From Candidatus Poribacteria bacterium (GTDB lineage Bacteria; Poribacteria; WGA-4E; WGA-3G), in assembly GCA_964291315.2 (NCBI GenBank), contig OZ219753.1, positions 2,944,001 through 3,008,000 on the forward strand: a DNA stretch of 64,000 bases, written 5' to 3'. Below the pieces are notes generated by a model. The model was given only the letters and a program-made list of their open reading frames with translations. It made no database searches and had not been told where the DNA came from. The translations under genes and the position numbers were made by a program. Below, in pieces: positions 30,419-38,941 of the stretch (position 1 is its first letter; each line of letters begins with the position of its first letter).

Positions 30419-31474
30419 ATGGAAGAATGGAAACGTCTTGTTAGAGACACAGTCAACACCCCCGAAAAACTTGCTGCTCTCTTCGATGTGGATGTAGAGG
30501 AAATGCGGCGCATTCACAAAGAATTCCCGATCCGTATTAATCCGTATTATTTGGGTCTTATTGAAGAACCAGGCGACCCGATTTGGAAACAGGTCGTACC
30601 TGATCCCAAAGAATTAATCAGCACCGGTGTAGAAGACCCGCTCCACGAAGAAGACGATAGCGAGGTACCAAATGTCACGCACCGCTATCCAGATCGCGCC
30701 CTGTTTTACGTTAACTACATGTGTCCAATTTATTGCCGCTTCTGCACTCGTAAACGGAAGGTCGGCGACCCGCATTCAATCTCTGAAGATAACATCGAGA
30801 GGGGGCTTGCCTACATCCAAGCGCACCCTGAAATTCGTGATGTTATCATTTCCGGCGGTGATCCGCTCATGCTCACAGACAAAAAAATTGATATGATTGT
30901 CGGTGGATTACGGGCGATTGAACATTTAGAGATTATTCGGATCGGTTCGCGCGTTCCTGTGACACTGCCACAGCGGATCACGCCAGAGTTGTGTGCAATT
31001 TTGAAACAGTATCACCCGTTTTACATCAATACCCACTTCAACCACCCGCGCGAGATCACACCTGAAACTGAAAAGGCGTGTGGTATGTTAGCCGATGCCG
31101 GTATACCCCTCGGAAACCAGGCAGTCCTCCTCAGGGGCGTGAACGACGATCCGGCCGTGATGGTAGATCTCATGAAGGGCTTGTTGCGCATCCGGGTCAA
31201 GCCTTACTATATTTACCAAGCTGACCTTGTCGTTGGAACAGACCATTTCCGAACAGCGGTGCAAATAGGCTTAGACATTATCGCGGCCTTACGCGGACAT
31301 ATCTCTGGACTCGGTGTACCACATTACGTCATTGATGCCCCAGGCGGCGGTGGAAAAATCGCGCTAATGCCCGACCCTGTTGTCACCTTCGATGACCACA
31401 ATATCCAACTCCAAAATTACGCAGGCAATGTCTACAGCTACCCCAGCACCCCGTTTTTTGATGCAGATTGGTAG
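30419..31474 (+). CDS. KamA-family radical SAM aminomutase (lysine 2,3-aminomutase-like)
   Basis: HRYPDR, CPIYCRFC (CxxxCxxC), SGGDPL, HFNHPRE and DAPGGGGKI (PLP lysine). Confidence 0.92.
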   Translation: MEEWKRLVRDTVNTPEKLAALFDVDVEEMRRIHKEFPIRINPYYLGLIEEPGDPIWKQVVPDPKELISTGVEDPLHEEDDSEVPNVTHRYPDRALFYVNYMCPIYCRFCTRKRKVGDPHSISEDNIERGLAYIQAHPEIRDVIISGGDPLMLTDKKIDMIVGGLRAIEHLEIIRIGSRVPVTLPQRITPELCAILKQYHPFYINTHFNHPREITPETEKACGMLADAGIPLGNQAVLLRGVNDDPAVMVDLMKGLLRIRVKPYYIYQADLVVGTDHFRTAVQIGLDIIAALRGHISGLGVPHYVIDAPGGGGKIALMPDPVVTFDDHNIQLQNYAGNVYSYPSTPFFDADW

Positions 31475-31499
31475 GTTCTGTAGATTACACACAATCATT

Positions 31500-31723
31500 A
31501 GCCTAATATTTGCACGGATTTGATGCTGTTGCTGGTTAATCTCCCACCACTCCGTGAGCAATATGCCAACACTGACGTATTATCGGATATGGATGCGGAG
31601 ATTGCTGCGTTGGAGAAACGTCTGGAGACGACCAGCGACATCAAACACTGCATGGCGCAGGATCTACTAACAGGATAGGGGCGGTTGCTTAAATCCGAAC
31701 CAGTCCTATCAAAAATTGAGAGG
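31500..31723 (+). pseudogene. hsdS: Degenerate hsdS fragment, inverted relative to the hsdS at 6775-8028
   Basis: Translates TDLMLLLVNLPPLREQYANTDVLSDMDAEIAALEKRLETTSDIKHCMAQDLLTG*GRLLKSEPVLSKIER; 31574-31720 matches the hsdS 3' end at 123/147 nt by manual alignment. Confidence 0.85.
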
Positions 31724-31728
31724 TAAAC

Positions 31729-32787
31729 ATGAAACGTCTAAGCATTTTGAGCAAATACTTTTTGTTAGCACTCGGACCCCTTATTCTACTTATTATCTGT
31801 AGTTGCGACACCCTTCAGGACATAGTCCTTTCCGAGCCACCCAGTGAAACAGAGTCTGCACCGCTTCGCGTAACGATGATATATCCTAACGATTGTGTGG
31901 GTTCCACTGCCTACTGTGATGCCTTCCATATCGGCGTAAACACAGCGCAGAGAGAACACAGAATTATACTAACCGAAGTAAACGCTATGGAAAACGATCC
32001 TGTAGCCACAGAGGTGCTTTTAAGGGATACAGCACAAAATTCGGATCTTGTTTTGACTGCGGGATATCAGATAGGAGAGGTACTCGCCCGCATCGCTCCT
32101 GAATTTCCGAATGTTAAATTTGCAATTTTCGATGCTGTCCTCGATATTCCAAATGTGGTTTCTGTGAACTATAAGTCCAACGAGGGATCGTTTCTAGTCG
32201 GGGCACTCGCAGCTTTAAAATCGGAAAGTAACAAAATCGGTTATATCGGAGGCGCGGATGTTCCGCTGTTACAAGAATTCGAAGCCGGTTATATTGCGGG
32301 AATACAAAAGATCAATCCAGAGGCAGAAGTTACCGTAGAATACATTAGCAAAGATGCAACAGGTTTCAATCAACGTGAAAGAGCAAAAGCAATCGCTTTA
32401 TCACAATATGCAAGCGGGATTGATGTGATCTACGCTGTTGCCGGCGGATCCGGCCAAGGCGTACTTGAAGCGGCGCGGGAGCAAAAACAGTTCATCATTT
32501 GGGTTGATTCCAACGGCAACCATCTTGCCCCAGGGCTAGTCTTGACAAGTATGATAAAAGAAATATCTTCATCCGTGCAGCACATCGTCGGAGAAACCGC
32601 AGCGGGCAATTTTATGGCAGGCATCCGTCTTTTTGGTATAGAAGATGGTGGTGTTAGTTATGCAGTTGACGAGCACAACCGTCCCCTACTTTCCGAGGAT
32701 ATCATAGCGACTGTCGAATCGTTAAAAGCAAAAATTATTACTGGCGAAATCGTCGTTCCAAACACAGTTCTGCTTCCGCGCGAATAG
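31729..32787 (+). CDS. BMP family (PnrA-like) ABC substrate-binding lipoprotein
   Basis: Lipobox ICSC; NEGSFLVG, KIGYIGG, DVIYAVAGGSGQG, WVDSN and TSMIK motifs. Confidence 0.9.
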   Translation: MKRLSILSKYFLLALGPLILLIICSCDTLQDIVLSEPPSETESAPLRVTMIYPNDCVGSTAYCDAFHIGVNTAQREHRIILTEVNAMENDPVATEVLLRDTAQNSDLVLTAGYQIGEVLARIAPEFPNVKFAIFDAVLDIPNVVSVNYKSNEGSFLVGALAALKSESNKIGYIGGADVPLLQEFEAGYIAGIQKINPEAEVTVEYISKDATGFNQRERAKAIALSQYASGIDVIYAVAGGSGQGVLEAAREQKQFIIWVDSNGNHLAPGLVLTSMIKEISSSVQHIVGETAAGNFMAGIRLFGIEDGGVSYAVDEHNRPLLSEDIIATVESLKAKIITGEIVVPNTVLLPRE

Positions 32788-32904
32788 CACCAATAAGGAC
32801 ACTATTGTAAAACGGGCAGCTCCGCTTATACTTCAAATTCTCCTCTACAAAACTTTGATCTTTAGCATGAAAACGAGGTAAAAAATAACAATTTGCGAAG
32901 AAAG

Positions 32905-32933
32905 TTGACAAACTTCTAAAAACATAGTATAAT
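32905..32933 (+). promoter_or_regulatory. Consensus sigma70 promoter for the DUF4234-like gene
   Basis: TTGACA-17 nt-TATAAT in an AT-rich intergenic region. Confidence 0.75.
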
Positions 32934-33028
32934 TTAATAAACTTAATAATTTAGAAGTTATTTTAGATAAAGATAGAAATACCGGATCTAAAATATCAAT
33001 CTCATATTCTTTCAAAAAGGAGAATTTT

Positions 33029-33463
33029 ATGCAGAATCGATCTATAACCGGAAATTCTACGATGAGTCGATACCCATATCCAGAGTTTGAAGGGAAACGA
33101 GGTGTTGGGGTTGGAATCGTCCTAAGTCTAATCACTCTCGGTATCTATGGGCTTTATTGGCGAGGCAAGCAGATAGCGACGCTCAATGCCTGGCTGAAGA
33201 AAAAGGAACATTCTTTTTTCGCGTGGTTTTTTCTTTTAATTATCACCGCTGGTATCTATGGTTTCTATCGTGAGTATCAGATGGCAAACAGCATTAATAC
33301 AATACAGGCTAACAATGGTTTAGTAACCGATGCGAGTCTACCAACTTCCTGTATGTTAGGGATGCTTTTGGGGTTTGGTGTCTTGCCCCTTGCTATTCGG
33401 CAACACCAGATTAACAGGCTCTACACAGAACAAATCTCTACAGAACAAGCCTCTGATGCTTAG
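33029..33463 (+). CDS. DUF4234-like small membrane protein
   Basis: Duplicated LSLITLGIYGLYW / LLIITAGIYGFY motif and C-terminal QHQINRL; RBS aaggag. Confidence 0.75.
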   Translation: MQNRSITGNSTMSRYPYPEFEGKRGVGVGIVLSLITLGIYGLYWRGKQIATLNAWLKKKEHSFFAWFFLLIITAGIYGFYREYQMANSINTIQANNGLVTDASLPTSCMLGMLLGFGVLPLAIRQHQINRLYTEQISTEQASDA

Positions 33464-33570
33464 CCGTACATTTCTTAGGTGTTTATCTCTTAACATATTT
33501 GCCTGCATTCGTCATTCTAAGGAGAATCATTGACTTTGAATCGCGTTTATCGTTTACTTATGCAAGACCT

Positions 33571-33599
33571 ATTATAGCATAAAACGATGTGCTTGTCAA
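33571..33599 (-). promoter_or_regulatory. Consensus sigma70 promoter pointing antisense into the DUF4234-like gene
   Basis: Minus strand reads TTGACA-agcacatcgttttatgc-TATAAT (17-nt spacer). Confidence 0.55.
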
Positions 33600-33623
33600 A
33601 TTAAATAAATCGGAGATATTCTC

Positions 33624-33923
33624 ATGAAAAGGTTTTGTATTTTTATTCAATGTGTTTTATTGTGTTACGCTTTAACGGAGTGGAACCGAGGGTTTTGGAC
33701 AGTGTTAGGTGTATTTGTCTTGTTATCTGTGATGTCTTGGATATTGGTAGGTTTATTATGGCTTGCGGGCTATCTCTTTTTAGAGGATGTCAAAAGCACA
33801 TTCGGTATCACAGATGAACACATGAAGCAGGCAGAAAAAGAAAGCGAGGCGAGGAAGAAAGAAAGGCAGAAAAAGAAAGCTGCAAGAGATAAAGAATGGT
33901 TGAAGGGATTTGAAAAGGAATAG
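33624..33923 (+). CDS. Small membrane protein with basic helical tail
   Basis: RBS ggag; two hydrophobic segments followed by a K/E/R-rich helix. Confidence 0.6.
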   Translation: MKRFCIFIQCVLLCYALTEWNRGFWTVLGVFVLLSVMSWILVGLLWLAGYLFLEDVKSTFGITDEHMKQAEKESEARKKERQKKKAARDKEWLKGFEKE

Positions 33924-34036
33924 GCGAAAGAGAAATCAGAAAAGGCAGAATGAGCATTATCAATCGCTTTGGCAGATACATCAGAATGGCGGATGCAGGC
34001 ACTCTGGCATATTTTCTTGATCCGCCCTTTGAGATG

Positions 34037-34975
34037 TCAACAAGTATTCTTCACGATTAAAAGTTCGTGAGATTGTTTGACATGATCAGTGCCATCCTCT
34101 ATTCGATTTTTACCAATTCGGGTTTCGCCCTGCCCTAATGTATATTGCCATTGAACTTCACTGATCTGAAAATCGGCATACCACTTTCGGATGGTTGTGC
34201 AGTCGTTATAGGAAAGCACAAAACCGCCCTGGTGTGCATGCAGCAGATCGCGTAGTAATGCATGGTCGAAACCTTTATGATGCACCGGGAAATTTCGTTG
34301 CGGATAGATACCTCGAAACATCTTACCCTCATCAAGATAGTAAGGAGGATCACAATAAAGAAATTCGCCTGGATGCATAGGAATTGTTTCCTCAAAATTC
34401 CCTTGTTCAACAGAAAGCGAAGGACACTTGAAATGGCGCACTTTGTCTACAGCCCGAATGTACTTCTCCGGGGATTGATAAATCTTGGACATCCAACCGA
34501 GGAAACCGGGACCATAGGAAAGATTATGATTAAACCAATAGTGTGCAGCTAACTTCAATGGATCTGAAATGAGGGACTCCTGGGTCCAATGTGCCTTGAG
34601 TCGGGTTTTAATTTTTGCGTACTGTTCTTTTGTCGGCTGCCACTTTTCGAGTTCATCCGCGAGGTTGTGGCTTGAGGAGAGCTGTATCTGCCAATAGTTT
34701 ACGAGAACATCAAAGATGTCGTAACCACGAACCTGCATATGGAGTTCTTTTGCACAGGCAATTTCTACAGACCCACCGCCCATAAATGGAGATATGAGTC
34801 TATCAAGTCCATTCGGTATATGTTCGATGATATGCCCGACACCTAGACTTTTCCCGCCTGCATAGCGCAAGGGCAGCCCATTGTAGCGCGTATATTTAAA
34901 TCTACCTTTACTTTTGAGCTTGTTCAAAAAGCAGTCTTTTATAGGAATTTCCAAAGGGAGCAGCTCTTGTTTCAT
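34037..34975 (-). CDS. Dam-family (D12 class) N6-adenine DNA methyltransferase, solitary
   Basis: PLRYAGGKS, ISPFMGGGSVE, YCDPPY and LSYND motifs. Confidence 0.9.
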   Translation of the reverse strand: MKQELLPLEIPIKDCFLNKLKSKGRFKYTRYNGLPLRYAGGKSLGVGHIIEHIPNGLDRLISPFMGGGSVEIACAKELHMQVRGYDIFDVLVNYWQIQLSSSHNLADELEKWQPTKEQYAKIKTRLKAHWTQESLISDPLKLAAHYWFNHNLSYGPGFLGWMSKIYQSPEKYIRAVDKVRHFKCPSLSVEQGNFEETIPMHPGEFLYCDPPYYLDEGKMFRGIYPQRNFPVHHKGFDHALLRDLLHAHQGGFVLSYNDCTTIRKWYADFQISEVQWQYTLGQGETRIGKNRIEDGTDHVKQSHELLIVKNTC

Positions 34976-35167
34976 TATGTTTTACCTTCTGACAGATTTT
35001 TAAAATGGCAACCTAGAGGATTCCGCGGTTACCGTTCGCCATTAAGTACAACGGTGGGAAAGCAGACCAAACGGGGCGGTTTCTGTTCACAGCAACTCAT
35101 CTGAATATTAGCTTAGATAGTGTATCAAAAAACAGTAAAAATATAAACAAAAAATCTTGGTCTAGTG

Positions 35168-36841
35168 CTAATCTTCTGAAACAACGAGAAACTGATTGGC
35201 CTCAACATCTTGCAATATCTGAATTTTGCCACAGGGCCAACGCACCCTTAGTATATCAACGACTGTCCTGTCACCCAACCCGAAGTGTAGGCGCAGATCA
35301 CTTTGACTGAGGTATCCAGAGCCACTTTTGACCTCTCGGATCTGTGTTAAGGCTCTAGAAACAGCCGTTACTCGTGCCCCTATGGCATCTCGGTTGCAAT
35401 GTGTGCCGATGAGCCTGATACTTAACCACTGTGCAGTGTCGACTCCGTGGTTTCTCAAAATTGTCGGCGCATCCTTCAGATTAGAGACAACGATATCTAT
35501 ATCGCCATCGTTATCAATATCGCCGAATGCCGCGCCTCTGCTGACTTTCGGCATTGCTATCGTTGGATCGGCGCTTCCGGAAAAATTACCACTTCGGTTA
35601 TTGAGAAAAAGCTGGTTGGGTTGAGCGTAAGTGCCAATTGGATCTATCTCCGCGATATTGTCGTCGATATGACCGTTGGCAATGAAGATATCCTGCCAAC
35701 CGTCGTTGTTAAAATCAACGAAATCCACTCCCCATGCCAAAAATGGGAGGCTTTTCTCGCCGATGCCTTTTGCAAAGCTCACCTCGTCAAAGAAGTCGCC
35801 TTGTGCATTGTGATAGAGGCTATTCGTCTGGTCCTGAAAATTCGTAATCACAATATCGAGGTAGCCGTCGTTGTCGAAATCGCCGAGGTTCGCGCCCATT
35901 CCACTATAAGCTTGTCCGTCTTCGCTAAGCGCGATGCCCGAGAAGAGAGCGTCCTCTGTCATCCGAGCCTTGTCCGAGTTATTGCGATAGAAGTGGTTTG
36001 GCGTGGTATCATTGGCGACAAAGATATCAATGTCACCATCGTTATCCATATCACCACAAACGACGCCTAACCCTTTGCCCTTCGGTTCATTTATCCCGGC
36101 TTGTTCCGAGATATCTGTGAAAGTACCGTCGCCATTGTTAAGGTAGAGCACATCTGAAACCCCGGGCAGCACCTCTGGCGTGCAGTAGGTCCGAATCTCT
36201 TGTCGCGTGCATGCGGGGTCTGTCTCTGGGTCGAATTGGACATAGTTGACGACATAGAGGTCCAGGTTGCCGTCTATGTCTATATCCACGAAAGCACAAC
36301 CGCTGCTGAATTGACTGCCATTTACGCCGGCGTGTTCAGCGACATCTGTAAAAGTGCCGTCTCCGTTGTTACGATAAAGGACGTTCGAGCCGTAATTAGT
36401 TATATAGAAGTCCACAAAACCGTCGTTGTTGTAATCACCGGCGCAGCATCCTAACCCGTAGCCGGTATCTCCGACAGCTGCCTGCGTTGTCACATCAACG
36501 AAAGTGTTGCCATCGTTACGATAGAGCCTGTTTGTGGGTAAGGTTAGGTAGCTGCTCCCGGGTAGGTCGCTGCCGTTGACGAAGTAGATGTCTAAATCGC
36601 CGTCGTTGTCGAAATCAAAGAGGGCAGCCCCACTGCCGATCGGTTCAATGAAGTATTTCTGTCCGCTTTCACCGTTTACGTGATGAAATGCAATTCCGAG
36701 ATCGGTTGTTATATCGGTGAAACGGAGGCTGTGCATTTGCGAAGGAATAGATCGTGCCTTCACGACGTGGGGCAAAGCATGAAGGGCACAGATAACGAGA
36801 AACATCCACATCGTCTGGACCGTTAATTTTCGGCACTTCAT
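35168..36841 (-). CDS. CRTAC1-family FG-GAP repeat protein with ASPIC/UnbV domain
   Basis: Repeated DxDNDGxxD motifs; NRDAIGARV and GSGYLSQSDLRLHFGLG; signal peptide. Confidence 0.92.
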   Translation of the reverse strand: MKCRKLTVQTMWMFLVICALHALPHVVKARSIPSQMHSLRFTDITTDLGIAFHHVNGESGQKYFIEPIGSGAALFDFDNDGDLDIYFVNGSDLPGSSYLTLPTNRLYRNDGNTFVDVTTQAAVGDTGYGLGCCAGDYNNDGFVDFYITNYGSNVLYRNNGDGTFTDVAEHAGVNGSQFSSGCAFVDIDIDGNLDLYVVNYVQFDPETDPACTRQEIRTYCTPEVLPGVSDVLYLNNGDGTFTDISEQAGINEPKGKGLGVVCGDMDNDGDIDIFVANDTTPNHFYRNNSDKARMTEDALFSGIALSEDGQAYSGMGANLGDFDNDGYLDIVITNFQDQTNSLYHNAQGDFFDEVSFAKGIGEKSLPFLAWGVDFVDFNNDGWQDIFIANGHIDDNIAEIDPIGTYAQPNQLFLNNRSGNFSGSADPTIAMPKVSRGAAFGDIDNDGDIDIVVSNLKDAPTILRNHGVDTAQWLSIRLIGTHCNRDAIGARVTAVSRALTQIREVKSGSGYLSQSDLRLHFGLGDRTVVDILRVRWPCGKIQILQDVEANQFLVVSED

Positions 36842-36843
36842 TA

Positions 36844-37674
36844 TTAATAATTAAAAGCGATCATTTCTTCGCTTTTATTTTGCGTAACATACTGCAACGA
36901 CCTCTTCAAAGTAATCGAGCGAACTGTATAGGTCTCAGGAAGATCAAATATATCCGGATGATTTTGTTCGGATAAGACGATTTTATTGGTTAATTCAATA
37001 GTTCTTAAAAACTGATTGAATTCTTCTAAATCAAGAACGCCATTATAATGACCATTTGTATTATTGAAATAGGGTGGGTCAAGATATAAAAAGGAGTTGT
37101 GGACACAATCAAACGTTCTATAATCCTTGTTCATTAAGGTCAAGTCTTGAATGGTTTTACTCAAATTCAACAGTGAATCGAGACTTACTTTGGGACATGA
37201 GCTGCCTTTTCTAATAGGCGAGTTGAATTTGTTGCGCGAATTAAATCTTATTTTTCCTGAAAACGCGTTTTTCGCAAGATAAAGGAAGTTGGCGGCGCCC
37301 TCCACCCCGTTTTCTAAACATAGATTCCTGACGTGGTAATAATACTCGGTAGAAGCGTTGTTGTAATGTTCGTTATACAGCTCCCATAACCTAAGTGGAG
37401 ATGTTTGAATCTGCTGTATCAGGTTTACAACAATAGGATTATTGTCGTTATAGGTAACGCGATGAGATCCAAACCTATTGCATGCGTACAGAGAGAATGC
37501 CCCACCTCCCCCAAATATATCGTAAATATGACATCCAAGATCATCAGGTATTAGTTTATCAAAAATATCTTTGAAACCTGCTTTACACCCAATGTAAGGT
37601 ATTATCTTTAGATTTGCACGTTTGTTTGTTACAACAAAATCTGATTGCTCTATACTCGCCCGGCCTTCATTCAT
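36844..37674 (-). CDS. Second Dam-family N6-adenine DNA methyltransferase (AT-rich), solitary
   Basis: IPYIGCK, DIFGGGG, AFSGKIRFNSRNKFNSP and YLDPPY motifs; ATG 37674 after ggag. Confidence 0.88.
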   Translation of the reverse strand: MNEGRASIEQSDFVVTNKRANLKIIPYIGCKAGFKDIFDKLIPDDLGCHIYDIFGGGGAFSLYACNRFGSHRVTYNDNNPIVVNLIQQIQTSPLRLWELYNEHYNNASTEYYYHVRNLCLENGVEGAANFLYLAKNAFSGKIRFNSRNKFNSPIRKGSSCPKVSLDSLLNLSKTIQDLTLMNKDYRTFDCVHNSFLYLDPPYFNNTNGHYNGVLDLEEFNQFLRTIELTNKIVLSEQNHPDIFDLPETYTVRSITLKRSLQYVTQNKSEEMIAFNY

Positions 37675-37890
37675 ATCACTAATTCTCCGGTTCTGTAGAT
37701 AAAGATTTGCCGTACGCCTTTGCACTGCTATTATTATAACAGGCACCCCACTTTTTTTCAACATATTGTCTCTGTATATGCTATAATGTTTGTTAGGCGT
37801 TGTTGGTTAAGAATTAGGCTTTTATTTAATATTATGGACCGCTCCTTAACCGACACCTAATAATAGAGGACTATAAAAGGAGAATTTCTA

Positions 37891-38862
37891 ATGGCTAATA
37901 CTCTACGTTTTGGCGTTGTCGGTTTAGGTATGGGCATGAACCGTTCCCGTATGATCCACAGCACGGATGGTGCAACGCTCGTTGCTGTAGCGGACCTTGT
38001 TGAAGAACGGCGCAAGACAGCTGAAGAAAACTTCGGTTGCGACAGTCACGATGATGCCCTTGAGATGTTCGACCGTGATGATATCGATGTGGCAATGATC
38101 ATGACTCCGAGTGGACTTCATGGAAAGTTTGGAGAGGAAGCTGCCCGGCGCGGCAAACATGTTATCACAACAAAACCCATGGATGTCAACGTTGAAAATT
38201 GCAACGCCCTCATCAAAACGTGTGAAGACAACGGTGTCAAATTGCTGGTTGACTTCGGTGAACGCTACGGAAAACACAATCGACGGATCAAGCGTGCCCT
38301 CGAAACGGATGCTATCGGTAGCCCGCTTCTCTGTGAACTCCGTATGAAGTGGAAACGTCCGGATAGCTACTACGTCGGTTGGCATGGCACCTGGGAGCTC
38401 GATGGCGGTGGCTCTATCATGAACCAAGGCGTGCACTACATCGATCTCATGCTCTGGTTCATGGGCCCTGTCAGACGGATCATTGGGGCACACTTTGATG
38501 TCTACGATCACGAAAATTGTGAAACTGAGGATATGACTTCGGCGATCCTTGAATTTGAAAGCGGTGCCCTCGGTCACGTCCTGACAACAACGACCTTCCC
38601 CGGCAGTAACGTCTCCATGATTCACATCCACGGAGACAAGGGCATTGTTGGTCTTGGGCCGGAGGTATGGAAGTTCGTTGACGATGATGAGCCCGACATC
38701 GAACTTCCGCCTTATCCGAATAACGTCATCGAGGACGTGATCCAAGTCGTCAATAACGGGGGTTCACCCGCGGTAGACGGCTATGAGGGGAGCCGTTCGG
38801 TCGCCCTGAATATGGCTATCTACGAATGTGCTCGCACCGGCAAAGCAGTTCAGGTGTCATAG
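37891..38862 (+). CDS. Gfo/Idh/MocA family oxidoreductase
   Basis: GVVGLGMG, TPSGLH, TKPM and GGGSIMNQGVHYID motifs; RBS aaggag. Confidence 0.92.
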   Translation: MANTLRFGVVGLGMGMNRSRMIHSTDGATLVAVADLVEERRKTAEENFGCDSHDDALEMFDRDDIDVAMIMTPSGLHGKFGEEAARRGKHVITTKPMDVNVENCNALIKTCEDNGVKLLVDFGERYGKHNRRIKRALETDAIGSPLLCELRMKWKRPDSYYVGWHGTWELDGGGSIMNQGVHYIDLMLWFMGPVRRIIGAHFDVYDHENCETEDMTSAILEFESGALGHVLTTTTFPGSNVSMIHIHGDKGIVGLGPEVWKFVDDDEPDIELPPYPNNVIEDVIQVVNNGGSPAVDGYEGSRSVALNMAIYECARTGKAVQVS

Positions 38863-38871
38863 TCTTTCTAT

Positions 38872-38900
38872 AAGGCGGGTTTCTGTACCCGCCTTTTTCT
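38872..38900 (+). terminator. Rho-independent terminator
   Basis: aaggcgggt-ttctgt-acccgcctt followed by a T-run just after the stop codon. Confidence 0.75.
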
Positions 38901-38941
38901 GAATTTTATTTACGAAACCGAGACGAAACTGTAGAGAAGCC

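Noticed and set aside
37924-38745. Long antisense ORFs (e.g. 37924-38745, 50437-51210, 6251-6988, 3061-3663, 35447-36070, 41123-41737)
   Set aside because: They lie opposite well-supported genes, lack motifs and RBSs, and are expected shadow frames
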